Of a stretch of 52,197 bases of DNA, positions 18,695-28,239 are shown one piece after another (position 1 is the stretch's first letter; each line of letters begins with the position of its first letter). The position numbers were made by a program, and so were the translations under genes. The stretch is taken from positions 1 to 52,197 of IMG/VR virus record IMGVR_UViG_3300028025_003950, one strand, 5' to 3'. A model generated the notes under the pieces. The model ran no database searches. It was not told the origin of the DNA and saw only the letters and a list, made by a program, of their open reading frames with translations. The DNA is from a virus (Duplodnaviria; Caudoviricetes).

Positions 18695-19019
18695 TAGTCA
18701 GCCGTCCAGTAATCATCTTCATCACTAGCAGTTGCATACTTTTGCTTCCACTTTTCAATGTCAGATAAAAGCGCTGTGGCTTTTGCATGTACTTCCTTTA
18801 TAGCCTCTTCAGCAAGGAGAATACGAAACTCGATATTAAGAAACTCGTGGTCTAGGTCATCTGACATCTTCGTCCTCTGTCTTTATGGTGTGTACAAGTA
18901 TCACATAATTTGTTGATTTTAAAAACAATAGCCGTGCAACAAACTTAAGAACTTTATGCTTCCACTCTGGGTAGTCATCAATAACCCCAAGAGTTATGGG
19001 GCTAGGAGGCTTTTTAGCT

Positions 19020-19244
19020 TTAGGCATTGTTCTGGGTGCGAATAAATTCGCTAAGAAGCTCTACATTGTCAAAGTCAATATCCATCTCTAGACCTTCTTC
19101 AAGAGGACGAAACTTTCCTTCTTCGCCTTCACCTTCAAGAACTTGTCCTTGACCTTTAGTTAGAGAGCCAAGCATGTCATCTGCAGAAGCCCACTTCTTT
19201 GTATCTACGTCATAGCAAAGTAGATAATAAATCTCGGTTTGCAT
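19020..19244 (-). CDS. Hypothetical acidic protein
   Basis: GGAGG RBS, coupled to the upstream gene. Confidence 0.5.
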   Translation of the reverse strand: MQTEIYYLLCYDVDTKKWASADDMLGSLTKGQGQVLEGEGEEGKFRPLEEGLEMDIDFDNVELLSEFIRTQNNA

Positions 19245-19418
19245 CTATCCTCCTGTTTTGTAAAAGCCACGCCCCTTGAACTGCACGGGGGCTGAATAAA
19301 ATATGCGTCTTAATTCTCCACCACACTCAGGGCATTCTGTGACCTTTTGGTCTTCAGTCATGCTTCTGATTTCAGTATAGATATGCTCTTTGTCGCATTT
19401 ATACTCATATGTTGCCAT
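19245..19418 (-). CDS. FmdB-family zinc-ribbon protein (57 aa, below ORF cutoff)
   Basis: MATYEYKC...H..CPECGG.L.R...FKG.GFY.T. Confidence 0.85.
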   Translation of the reverse strand: MATYEYKCDKEHIYTEIRSMTEDQKVTECPECGGELRRIFYSAPVQFKGRGFYKTGG

Positions 19419-19477
19419 AAACCCAGTCTAAAGGAAAACCCCCCTGTCCGTATAGACAGAGGGGAATCCAACAATAA

Positions 19478-20140
19478 CTATTTTGTTTTCTTTGCCTTAG
19501 GGGCAGCTCCAAAGCCAGGAACTGGGTTTACCAATTTCTTCTTAGACCCTGGTTTCTTTTTTGCAGAAAGACCTGACACATCTAGACTTGGTGGGGCGGT
19601 GGAGACTTGGTCCTCTGGTGAAAGTTCTTTAGCAGAAGCCTTTAACTTTTCGAAAGCCATTACAGACTCAACGAAAGCAATCGGACTAACAAAACCTTTT
19701 CCGTTTAGGTCCCAACGGTGACTCTTGCCTTCGACAATTTCAAAATGCAAATGTCTTCCAGCTGAAGCTCCAGTGTTTCCCATAATTCCAAGAATTGTTC
19801 CAGCTTCAACCTTCTGACCAGTCTTAACTTTGAGTGAGCCTTCAGCCATGTGACCAGAGCGAGTGGTGTACCACTTGCCATCAATCTTGCTGCGAATGTC
19901 AACGTAGTATCCAATGCCGCCTAGAGAGCCGTCAGCGTTTTTTAACTTTGACGGACCTGCATACACCACTGTTCCATCGTGCCATGCTTCAATGTAAATT
20001 TTTGGATTAGAGCCCCATATGTCATCGCCATTATGATGCTTCTTTGTTTTTTCAATGGGATGTATCCTCCATCCGAAGGGACTTGTAATTTTCCAAGCCT
20101 TACCTTTTTTCCCGTCTATAGGGTATTGCGCTTTTGCCAT
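19478..20140 (-). CDS. M23 peptidase (endolysin-like) with Lys/Pro-rich tail
   Basis: HNGDD, HLHFE motifs; paralog of the next gene. Confidence 0.9.
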   Translation of the reverse strand: MAKAQYPIDGKKGKAWKITSPFGWRIHPIEKTKKHHNGDDIWGSNPKIYIEAWHDGTVVYAGPSKLKNADGSLGGIGYYVDIRSKIDGKWYTTRSGHMAEGSLKVKTGQKVEAGTILGIMGNTGASAGRHLHFEIVEGKSHRWDLNGKGFVSPIAFVESVMAFEKLKASAKELSPEDQVSTAPPSLDVSGLSAKKKPGSKKKLVNPVPGFGAAPKAKKTK

Positions 20141-20279
20141 GATGTCCTTTCTAGACATAGATACTTCAATTGTAGAAAGATGGCTAAACAGAAACATTAG
20201 TGCAGATGTTCGAAGAATAGAAAAACTCCCGTACCTCTGCCGAAGTACAGGAGCTTCCTATGTAAAAAGTGTTTAGAAA

Positions 20280-21002
20280 CTACTTCAGTTTTATAACCTG
20301 ACCAACGTTGATTTTGTTTGCATCTTTGATTCCGTTTAGCTTTACCAAAGCTGCAACAGTTGTTCCGTTAGCCTTAGCGATTTTTGTTAGAGTGTCGCCA
20401 GATACGACTGTGTAGGTTTTTGCTCCTGAGGTAGCTGGTTTTGCAACTACTGGTTTAGGACCGTGAACGGGTGCTGGAAGAACTGGGTCGCTCTCCTTTG
20501 CCTCCACACTTGCAGTTCCCGCTGCATTCTCCACCGCAATTACAGCATTGAAGAATGTGAACGGTTCGATGTAGCCCTTGCCTGTGTTGTTCCATTCGTG
20601 GTTCTTTCCCTCTTTCAACTCCCAGTGGAGATGCTTGCCTGTAGACATTCCAGTTGAAGCCATCTTGCCAAGAATGGTTCCTGCTTCAATCTTCTGTCCC
20701 TCTTTTACTTTTAGCCCGTCAGCCATGTGTGCGTACAAAGTTGTGTACCACTTGCCGTTAATGTTGTGGAGTAGCTTTACAAAGTTACCAAAGCCACCAC
20801 CTGCAGCAGTTGACTTTCTTGCTTCGAGTACTTTGCCATCATATGGAGCTTCAATCCAACATGGCTCCTGTCCAGACCATACGTCCGAGCCATTGTGATG
20901 CTTCTTCTCTTTTGTCACTGGGTGAATACGATTACCCATCGGGGATGTGATTTTAAAATCTTTCCCTAGTTTGCCGTCAATAGGCAGTTGTGCTTTAGCC
21001 AA
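20280..21002 (-). CDS. M23 peptidase with C-terminal LysM
   Basis: HNGSD, YAHM, HLHWE; YTVVSGDTL..IA..LN.I....I.VGQ.I.L LysM. Confidence 0.92.
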   Translation of the reverse strand: MAKAQLPIDGKLGKDFKITSPMGNRIHPVTKEKKHHNGSDVWSGQEPCWIEAPYDGKVLEARKSTAAGGGFGNFVKLLHNINGKWYTTLYAHMADGLKVKEGQKIEAGTILGKMASTGMSTGKHLHWELKEGKNHEWNNTGKGYIEPFTFFNAVIAVENAAGTASVEAKESDPVLPAPVHGPKPVVAKPATSGAKTYTVVSGDTLTKIAKANGTTVAALVKLNGIKDANKINVGQVIKLK

Positions 21003-21078
21003 TTTGTCATCCTTAGTTTTCCGTAATTATTTGGAATGTGCGTTACTACCAAATAACGGTAACAATTAAGAAATTGGT

Positions 21079-21588
21079 CTATTCTGCTGTAAGAGTGTAC
21101 AAGCCCTGCCCTGTAGCCAAATCACTGGCGACATTTGAATCAGTAAGTGTTTTTAATTTTGTGAATTTTGCCTTCTCTGCAACCCTAATGCTAGACACAT
21201 TGTCATCGTGAATCATTGCTTCGATGGACTTAACAGCCAGCTCTTTAAATGCGTAAGTTGTTACTAAGTTGACAGCAGCAGTGGCCAATCCTCTTCCACA
21301 GAACTCTAAGCCAATCCAATAGCTAATAGAACACGACTTCGGATTATCTTTGAAACGCCAGAGAACAACTTGTCCAACTGTGACATGTTTGTATTTAATC
21401 GTAAAGAAATAGTTCTCGGGGGATTCGGTGGGGGTTTGCGTCGTTTTCCAAGGCTCTAGATGCGCCTTGTTTACTTCCATCAAATAGCTGATGTGTGCTG
21501 AATCTTGAAATGAAGTAGTAGAAACTGACACGAGGTCATCGGAAAGTTTGACGGTTTGCTTGGTCTCCCCGAAATCCTTAAACCTCAT
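21079..21588 (-). CDS. RimJ/RimL-type GNAT acetyltransferase
   Basis: ISYWI....GRGLAT.A, N.SS.RVAEK..F. Confidence 0.85.
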   Translation of the reverse strand: MRFKDFGETKQTVKLSDDLVSVSTTSFQDSAHISYLMEVNKAHLEPWKTTQTPTESPENYFFTIKYKHVTVGQVVLWRFKDNPKSCSISYWIGLEFCGRGLATAAVNLVTTYAFKELAVKSIEAMIHDDNVSSIRVAEKAKFTKLKTLTDSNVASDLATGQGLYTLTAE

Positions 21589-21609
21589 GTCAGCCTCTCT
21601 ACATCTAAT

Positions 21610-21801
21610 TTACTTCTTCTTTGGTGCTGCTGGTTTCTTTGCAGCTGGCTTTTTAGCTGGTGCTTTTTTCTTCGCGACTGGACGTTCACTTGGTGTGCCT
21701 TCTTGCACGATTCCGTCTTTGTCACGGTCAATAGCATTAGCTTTGTAGCCTTCAGATACTCCTAGGAAAACTCCTAGTCGCTTCAATGCGTTCTTCATCA
21801 T
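21610..21801 (-). CDS. Small protein with DxDxDG loop and PAAKK tail
   Basis: DRDKDGIVQEGTP.ERP plus histone-H1-like tail. Confidence 0.6.
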   Translation of the reverse strand: MMKNALKRLGVFLGVSEGYKANAIDRDKDGIVQEGTPSERPVAKKKAPAKKPAAKKPAAPKKK

Positions 21802-22625
21802 TTACCTCCTAACTTAACAATAGCAGCCCAAGTCTTTGGACCAACAGTTCCGTTGGCTTCAAGACCGTTTGCTTTTTGAAATGCAATGACTGCCTTTTCT
21901 GTACCTGGACCAAATTCTCCATCTGCCTTAAGTTTTAATGCAGTCTGCACTCTTTTAACTTTAGGACCTTTTGCACCTTTCTTAAATGGCGTAAAGGCTG
22001 CTGGAGCTTTAGCTGCAGGTGTAGAAGTTGTTGCTTTCTTAGGAGCTGCAGCTTTTGCTGCTGGTGCATCAGATGAACCAACCTTTGAAAGTAGTGGAAG
22101 ACTTTCTTCGCCAGCATAGACTGGTCGACCCCAGCCTACGATTGCGTTCATAAGTTTTAACTTATTATCTTTAACATATGCGCGAGTCTTCTCGACACAC
22201 ATTCCACCATTGCGCTGGTCTCCCTTTGCAGTTCCTGAAGTGTTGCCTTCAATAACTTGGATGGTTCCATTACCGTTGTTCTTGATACAGATACCAACGT
22301 GTGAAATTCGGTTGACGCCATCATCTGGGAAGTCGAAATAAATCCAGTCTCCAGGAGTTGGGTCATCATTACGGGCATCTGCCCAGCGGTCGTTCTTCTT
22401 AAAGAAGTCAGCTGCTGCAACTGTTGATGCAGACTTTGGATACTTCTTTGCGTCTAGTCCTGATGTGAATGCACACCAAGAAACAAATGATTGGCACCAT
22501 GGCTGAAAATTAACGCCAGTCCACTTGCCATACTTTGTCTCGTTATCTTTCGGTCCTTCGATTGTTCCTATCTCTGCTTTGGCAACTTCGATAATTCGAG
22601 CTGCCGTACCTTTAGCTTCAGGCAC
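21798..22625 (-). CDS. Endolysin: CHAP amidase plus peptidoglycan-binding domain
   Basis: PWC..FVSW, HVGI, IEGNT; DG.FGP.T..AV..FQ..NGL...G.VGP.TW. Confidence 0.9.
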   Translation of the reverse strand: MPEAKGTAARIIEVAKAEIGTIEGPKDNETKYGKWTGVNFQPWCQSFVSWCAFTSGLDAKKYPKSASTVAAADFFKKNDRWADARNDDPTPGDWIYFDFPDDGVNRISHVGICIKNNGNGTIQVIEGNTSGTAKGDQRNGGMCVEKTRAYVKDNKLKLMNAIVGWGRPVYAGEESLPLLSKVGSSDAPAAKAAAPKKATTSTPAAKAPAAFTPFKKGAKGPKVKRVQTALKLKADGEFGPGTEKAVIAFQKANGLEANGTVGPKTWAAIVKLGGK

Positions 22626-22835
22626 AGTATTACCTCTATTCGAATAGATTAGTCGCTCTTGTTTGAGCGGCCCTTAGTGTATCGAAGTAGTGACCGTTTT
22701 AGCTCTAGGTTCTCTCTTCGCAGGTGCCAGTTATCTCGAATAGTCCAGAGCATTAGCCCTGTAGATGAGATAAGGGCAATAATTACTGCCAGTATGTCTG
22801 TCGTTAGTAGTGTCATTGTAGGAGCGTACCAAAAG

Positions 22836-22863
22836 AAAAACCCCCCTGTAAAGGGGGGCTTTT
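22836..22863 (-). terminator. Terminator downstream of RNR
   Basis: A-run, C-rich/G-rich stem, T-run hairpin. Confidence 0.65.
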
Positions 22864-22912
22864 CCGTCGTCTGTCCCCACTGGTGGAGTGGGGGGCGAAC
22901 TCTTAAATATTA

Positions 22913-24955
22913 CTACTTATTGTTCTCGACTACAAGCTTAATCTCGCATGCGTCTGTGGTGCAGTACGCCTCACCAATTGCATCTGCAGCAAGCCCTGCG
23001 TATACGCCAGCAAAGTCAATAGGGAAAAGTTCGCTTGTGTAAGCCTCGTACTCTTCTTCTGTGATTTGGGTGTAAGGCATCTGTGGGTATGTGAAGTTTC
23101 CTGAAGGTAGGAATGAAACTGTCTTCAACTGTCCGTCATACATATGTAGGACTGTTGGGACATGCTCTGCTTCCTTCTCTGGGTCAAAGCTGATGGTTAC
23201 TGATACAGAGTTGTCTGACCAGTAACGCTGAGCAGTTGCAGCAAGTGACATCTTCTCGAAGATAGAAACATCTTTCTCTGCACGCTCTGCTAGTGACTTG
23301 ATTGGGAAGAACACTACTGATGTTGTATCAGGTGACTCTGATGCTGGTTCAATCTTGTAGTTAGCAAGTGTGAAGAGTGGAAGCATTGGGTCGTTGTTTC
23401 CAAAACGAATAGCACGCATGAAGTACTTACCGCCTGGAGTCCAGTGAACTCCTGGAGACTCACCTGCAAGAATAGAAACGGTTCCTGATGGCTTAACGGT
23501 TGTTGTCTTAATTGACTCACGAACACCAAGCCACTCGGAGTACACCTCGTCGTACTTTTTTACGGTAGCGTATCCCTCGTCCATCCATTCACGGAGGACG
23601 GGAAGTCCAACGCGGTCTGCAAAGTTTGCAACTCCAGACATCGACGTGCCGATTCTGCGATTACGCTGCATGATTGCGTTGGTCTCTTCCCAATGTGTTG
23701 GAAGAAGAGTTACAGTCTTAGCGTAAAGGTACGCAAACTTTAGAGTGCGTAGGTAATCTTCTTTTGTTTCGTGACGGTTGAGGTATGTCTCGACGAGCGT
23801 ACACATTTCGTACGATTCAAGGGACTGCTCTGCACAAGGGTTGTATCCCATGATTCGGTGGTCCTTGTTGTTGATGGGGTCTGCAAGACGACCGTACTTC
23901 TTTGATACGTCCATCCATAGAACTCCTGGTTCGCCGTTGCGAACGATTCCGTCAACGATTGGTGCGAAGTCAGTTCCAACTTCTGCGACGACAGAGTTAT
24001 TAGACATCCATCCCCAACCTGGATTCTCTGGGTCGTATGAGTTACGTTCAGGGAAAACTTCTGCATTCTTAAGGTTGAGGAAGTCTTCGTCGTCGATGCG
24101 ACCGATGAGCAACTCTGCGCTTCTGCGAACATTGCCCGATACTACACAACGTCCAATCAAATTACCAATGTCTGCAATGTCTGTGCGTGTTAGCTTCTGT
24201 CCAGCTCGTCCTGTAAACATCTTACGAATAACTTCGTGTAGAAGAACTAATGGTTCTGGACCTGATGCTGTTCCACCAAATGACTTAATAGGTGCGCCAT
24301 ACGGACGAATGTCTGCATAATCAAAAGCAAGTGACTTCTGATTCTCCTTCAAGAAAGAGTTGATAAGTGCAACGGTTGACTCCTGCCATCCTTCACGAGT
24401 GTCAGGAATTAGGTAGACATCTTCACCCTGTGGCTCATAGATAGTGAAGTCCTTGTCTGCGCCAAGCTGGTCAAAGCCAACACCAACGCCAAGCATTGAT
24501 GCTTCCATCAAGAAAGCAAAAGGCTTTCCTGGATTGTTCTTTGTCATCTCTTGAGTAGAAACAAATGCACAGTTCTGAAGTGCAGCAGAGTTCTTCTGGA
24601 CGTTAACAATGTCAGTTCCCATTACCCAGAGTCCACGACCTGGAGGTGTCCACTTCAAATCAAAGAGACGCTCGAAGAATTCTTTAGCAGATGACTGCGC
24701 CTTTGCATCAGACCATGGAAGACGCTGTTGCTTTGCATAATCTTTCTGAAGTGAGTATGTACCGTTGGTTACGCGCTCGCAGACTTCAGCCCAAGTTTCT
24801 TTAGTTCCATCCTCTTTCTTGCGTGAGTATGTGCGAAGAAATGTAATTTCTCCTACAGAGTTGCCGCCTGCATCTCGATAACCAAATGGTGCTGTCTTGT
24901 TTTTAAAACTTGAAACGAAGTCTTCTGAAAGACGAAATGAGAATGCAATAGCCAC
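22913..24955 (-). CDS. nrdJ: Class II (adenosylcobalamin-dependent) monomeric ribonucleotide reductase
   Basis: PPGRGLW, ALQNC, GNVRRSA, NPCAEQ, TVKPSGTVS, C-terminal YCTTDAC. Confidence 0.93.
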   Translation of the reverse strand: MAIAFSFRLSEDFVSSFKNKTAPFGYRDAGGNSVGEITFLRTYSRKKEDGTKETWAEVCERVTNGTYSLQKDYAKQQRLPWSDAKAQSSAKEFFERLFDLKWTPPGRGLWVMGTDIVNVQKNSAALQNCAFVSTQEMTKNNPGKPFAFLMEASMLGVGVGFDQLGADKDFTIYEPQGEDVYLIPDTREGWQESTVALINSFLKENQKSLAFDYADIRPYGAPIKSFGGTASGPEPLVLLHEVIRKMFTGRAGQKLTRTDIADIGNLIGRCVVSGNVRRSAELLIGRIDDEDFLNLKNAEVFPERNSYDPENPGWGWMSNNSVVAEVGTDFAPIVDGIVRNGEPGVLWMDVSKKYGRLADPINNKDHRIMGYNPCAEQSLESYEMCTLVETYLNRHETKEDYLRTLKFAYLYAKTVTLLPTHWEETNAIMQRNRRIGTSMSGVANFADRVGLPVLREWMDEGYATVKKYDEVYSEWLGVRESIKTTTVKPSGTVSILAGESPGVHWTPGGKYFMRAIRFGNNDPMLPLFTLANYKIEPASESPDTTSVVFFPIKSLAERAEKDVSIFEKMSLAATAQRYWSDNSVSVTISFDPEKEAEHVPTVLHMYDGQLKTVSFLPSGNFTYPQMPYTQITEEEYEAYTSELFPIDFAGVYAGLAADAIGEAYCTTDACEIKLVVENNK

Positions 24956-25034
24956 GTCTGCTCCAAACAGTTGTTGTTGTGTGTAATACGAAGGTTCCCT
25001 TAGGGAGAACTAGTTTAAGTCTTCCGCTATTCTT

Positions 25035-25268
25035 CTAGAAAAGCGTATCGCTGTCCAATCCTGGACTTTTAGTAGGGGTATGTGTGAGACCAAGCACTAT
25101 TCCTCGGGCTAACTCTAAACCTGAGATAAAGTGATTGTTTAGTCCACGTTCGGTAGAGCGGTCTACAACTGCTTGAATTTCTTCTGCAAGTTTGTTGCGA
25201 GTGTTGTACTCAGACTCACTTCTAATAGTTTCGTAACTGCTCCAAGTTGGTCCTGAGGATTCACTCAC
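25035..25268 (-). CDS. Hypothetical protein
   Basis: Coupled ORF in operon. Confidence 0.5.
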   Translation of the reverse strand: MSESSGPTWSSYETIRSESEYNTRNKLAEEIQAVVDRSTERGLNNHFISGLELARGIVLGLTHTPTKSPGLDSDTLF

Positions 25269-25702
25269 GTTTTCACTTCCTTTGCGTTAGGGGTGGTGGT
25301 AAAGATTATTGGGAGTTCTAACTCTTTAGCAATAGCGATTTCAAGCTTTGCTCCCTCTGACTCACCCCATCCTGGGAGGACATAAACGGAGTCAGATTTC
25401 ATAAGTGCTTCTAAATCTCTACGCATGTACCAAGCCCTAGGCATAATGTTTTCGGTTGGTCCAATTTCTCCAGGGTTAAAGACAGCCTTACCTTGAGCAC
25501 GAAGTTCTTCTGCAACTCTTGCAAATGCTGGACGGTTGTAATCAGGTAGTCCCGTCATGGGACCTGATAGGTAGATGTGGAAACGGTGACCGTTTTTATA
25601 TGACTCTCTTAAAAGATGATTTGCGAAGCGAGGACTTAACACGGTGTCTCTTCGCATGAGTGAACGGTAAGCAAGATGTCTTTTGTTCCGCACCCACCAC
25701 AT
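25265..25702 (-). CDS. DUF4406 / nucleoside deoxyribosyltransferase-like protein
   Basis: IYLSGPMTG..DYN..AF, NP, LPGW..S.GA.LE; start uncertain. Confidence 0.8.
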   Translation of the reverse strand: MWWVRNKRHLAYRSLMRRDTVLSPRFANHLLRESYKNGHRFHIYLSGPMTGLPDYNRPAFARVAEELRAQGKAVFNPGEIGPTENIMPRAWYMRRDLEALMKSDSVYVLPGWGESEGAKLEIAIAKELELPIIFTTTPNAKEVKT

Positions 25703-26163
25703 TCGATTCTTTCGATGTAAGGCTCATCAATGTCATAAGAAAGATAGAGAGTTCCTTCAATCTCTGTGTCATCTGGAACTTTCAAACTATCCACTCGCTT
25801 GAGCCACTCTCTTACATCTGAAACATAACGTGGCTTACCTGTGCCTGCATCCATAAAGATAAAGACACATGCTGAAGTTGTATTGGTCTGAGGGCGTCTG
25901 ATGTGACCATACTCGTCAAAGAGCGACTCTGGTTCTGTGGTCTCTTCCTCTTGCTCATCCATATACTCTGGTGGAATCTTTGCAAGCTCCTCCAAGAAGG
26001 AGTCAACAATATAGTCAGTCTCTTCAGCAACCATTCGATACTGAGAGTCTTCACGGGTGATATCCCATTCAATTGGGTTGCTGGTTTTAGACTCTTCATC
26101 CCAGCCGTTTCGCTTCATGATTGATTCGGCAATTACTTCTTTGATTTTTTCAATAGCGCTCAT
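25636..26163 (-). CDS. Hypothetical protein with C-terminal CxxC..HxC
   Basis: ORF in operon. Confidence 0.55.
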   Translation of the reverse strand: MSAIEKIKEVIAESIMKRNGWDEESKTSNPIEWDITREDSQYRMVAEETDYIVDSFLEELAKIPPEYMDEQEEETTEPESLFDEYGHIRRPQTNTTSACVFIFMDAGTGKPRYVSDVREWLKRVDSLKVPDDTEIEGTLYLSYDIDEPYIERIECGGCGTKDILLTVHSCEETPC

Positions 26164-26615
26164 GCGTCTGTCCCTTGGTGTGATGATTTTCTAATACTAC
26201 TTATAAGTCTTTCTAAATCCTCTAAAACTCCTGGTATTAGTTCAGGGGTCACATCTATACGAGTTCCTGTGGAAACTGGACCTATGGAGGTGGGGGTTAG
26301 GTAGTCAGGTTTTACATACTGCTTGGTTAACTCTCGAAGGTCTTTATTAAATTGCGAAGAGGGATTACAACATCCATCGCATGTGTGATTGAGTTGGTAC
26401 GAGTCCTTGGCTACGCCTTCTACTTCATCTGGGTCTAAATGACCAATACCGTGTCCACATATGCGCTCCATGATTTGACGGTCGCCACGCCAGTTCTGAT
26501 TCCACTTGACCATATGGTGGTCTGAAAACTTGTGAATAGTGCAGTACTCGCCCTTGCATGAGCCTTTATCGTGGGTATCAAGGCGCATTCCGCCTACCAA
26601 GACATTCTTTTCCAT
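26160..26615 (-). CDS. Actinophage-type Cys/His-rich hypothetical protein
   Basis: H....C.G..C.IH..SDHHM..W..MERIC.HG.GH.DPD..CDGCC. Confidence 0.65.
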   Translation of the reverse strand: MEKNVLVGGMRLDTHDKGSCKGEYCTIHKFSDHHMVKWNQNWRGDRQIMERICGHGIGHLDPDEVEGVAKDSYQLNHTCDGCCNPSSQFNKDLRELTKQYVKPDYLTPTSIGPVSTGTRIDVTPELIPGVLEDLERLISSIRKSSHQGTDA

Positions 26616-26677
26616 ACGTCAATGGTAACGAAAAACCCCCCTAGAAAACTAGAGGGGTTATAACGATTAGATAAAGT

Positions 26678-26809
26678 TTATTTAGTGTGCTGTCCTGGAC
26701 AACCCTGCTTAGGGCAACGTGGGTTGCCGTTATTGCCTTGAGTCTCTGTACGACGGGACCCGCAGTATTTACAGTTGTCTTGACGGTCTTCTGGAAGCTT
26801 GTCTGCCAT
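26678..26809 (-). CDS. 43-aa Zn-finger microprotein
   Basis: AAGGAG RBS; MADKLPEDRQDNCKYCGSRRTETQGNNGNPRCPKQGCPGQHTK; terminator at about 26630-26658. Confidence 0.6.
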   Translation of the reverse strand: MADKLPEDRQDNCKYCGSRRTETQGNNGNPRCPKQGCPGQHTK

Positions 26810-26887
26810 GGTAACTCCTTCGGGTTATGTAATAAGTTTACGCCTACTTCTATTTCTTGATTTCTGGTTTTAATGTAAGGTTGATTT

Positions 26888-27544
26888 ATGACTCCTCATT
26901 ACAACGTGGTGATTGCTACCCCTGGACACTCCATGCATAAGGAGTATGTCAAGTCTCTTATGGGGACAACGACTTATTTAAACTCTTTGGGGTTGTCCTA
27001 CCACTTCGTCAACCAATACTCTTCCTTTGTTCCTAGTGCTAGGGAAAACACTGCAACCGATTCCTATGGGGCAGATTGGGAAGCCGTGGGGTTCGGGGCT
27101 GGAAAGTTTACCTATGACCGAATTGTCTGGATTGACTCCGACATTAGTTGGACGGTGGAAGCCTTGCAGACTTTGCTTGATTCTGATTTAGATATTGTCT
27201 CTGGAATGGTTGCCGTAGATAGAACTGGTCGAATTTCTGCCATGCGCCTTAATCCTGCAGGAAATCCTGTATCCCTAAATAGCCGAGACTTTATTGTAGA
27301 GGGAGAGCCTCTGGAAGTAGATGGGGTGGGGTTTGGCTTCTTGGCTGTTAAGGCTGGTGTCTTTGAGAAGATGGAGCGCCCTTGGTTTCGGACAAGGCAG
27401 ATTGGGATTGAGACTGCCTCTTTCAAGGTGGACCTAGGTGAGGACTACTCTTGGTGCGTCGGGGCTAAGGAAGCTGGGTTCTCTATTTGGCTTCATCCTC
27501 TGGTAAGGGTTGAACATATGAAGGAAATGGTGCTGACAGTCTGA
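26888..27544 (+). CDS. GT-A fold glycosyltransferase
   Basis: WIDSDI (DxD), GFGF....GVFE, GEDYSWC, V.H.K. Confidence 0.8.
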   Translation: MTPHYNVVIATPGHSMHKEYVKSLMGTTTYLNSLGLSYHFVNQYSSFVPSARENTATDSYGADWEAVGFGAGKFTYDRIVWIDSDISWTVEALQTLLDSDLDIVSGMVAVDRTGRISAMRLNPAGNPVSLNSRDFIVEGEPLEVDGVGFGFLAVKAGVFEKMERPWFRTRQIGIETASFKVDLGEDYSWCVGAKEAGFSIWLHPLVRVEHMKEMVLTV

Positions 27545-27689
27545 TGGTGCGTCTTCCTAAGTGGGTCTGGTTTTTATGGTTTGGGGTATGTGTTGGGGTT
27601 ATCGCTTTGAGGTTTGCTCTTGGCGATTGGGCCCTTTAGCTGACAACTTATGAATAACTTTTGGACTGTTCCTGTGGATATCTGGTTAT

Positions 27690-28020
27690 ATCTTCCTGCA
27701 TTTTTGATTGAAATCTTCGCCCTCCGACTCCGTTAAGAGCATCATTCTGGGCAAACCTTCCTGCAAAAAAGGGTGAAAAAAGGTGGGAAAAAAGTGTTAG
27801 TATCTTTTTTGACTAAAAATGCAGGAAGGTTGAATTACTAACAAAGTTTTGTAAAAAAGCTGAAGAAATAAATGTTAGTGAAACTATAAAACTATGCTAT
27901 AAATACTTAATACTTAACTAATAATCTGGTAGTATCCGTTTCGAATTCCTTACGCGATAAGGGAATTAGGTTGAGAATTAAGAGATTATAATCTAGTGTT
28001 ATAGTGTAGACTTACATTAG
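27690..28020. other. AT-rich non-coding control region (candidate origin) with three CTTCCTGCA boxes
   Basis: No ORF; boxes at 27692, 27754-27765 and inverted 27820-27831; near the switch in coding strand. Confidence 0.4.
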
Positions 28021-28038
28021 GAAAGGGAGGGTCAGCAT

Positions 28039-28239
28039 ATGACTTGGATTCAATTTGGAATGTTGGTACTTGCCAACTTTGTTTCGGTGTTGGTTGCCAT
28101 TTGGATTTTCAGATGGACTGATTATCGAAAGAAGAAAAAGTTTGTTGAAGGAATTTTGGACCAGATGGAGGAAAAGATTTCAACGGAGATGAACTTCCAA
28201 GATTTGGTAAAACGGTTTGAAGAAGGAGATAACAAATGA
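28039..28239 (+). CDS. Single-TM membrane protein
   Basis: GGGAGG RBS, N-terminal TM helix. Confidence 0.6.
   Translation: MTWIQFGMLVLANFVSVLVAIWIFRWTDYRKKKKFVEGILDQMEEKISTEMNFQDLVKRFEEGDNK

Noticed and set aside
26680-26830. Structured ncRNA in an apparent intergenic gap
   Set aside because: Better explained by a 43-aa Zn-finger ORF with a strong RBS on the minus strand
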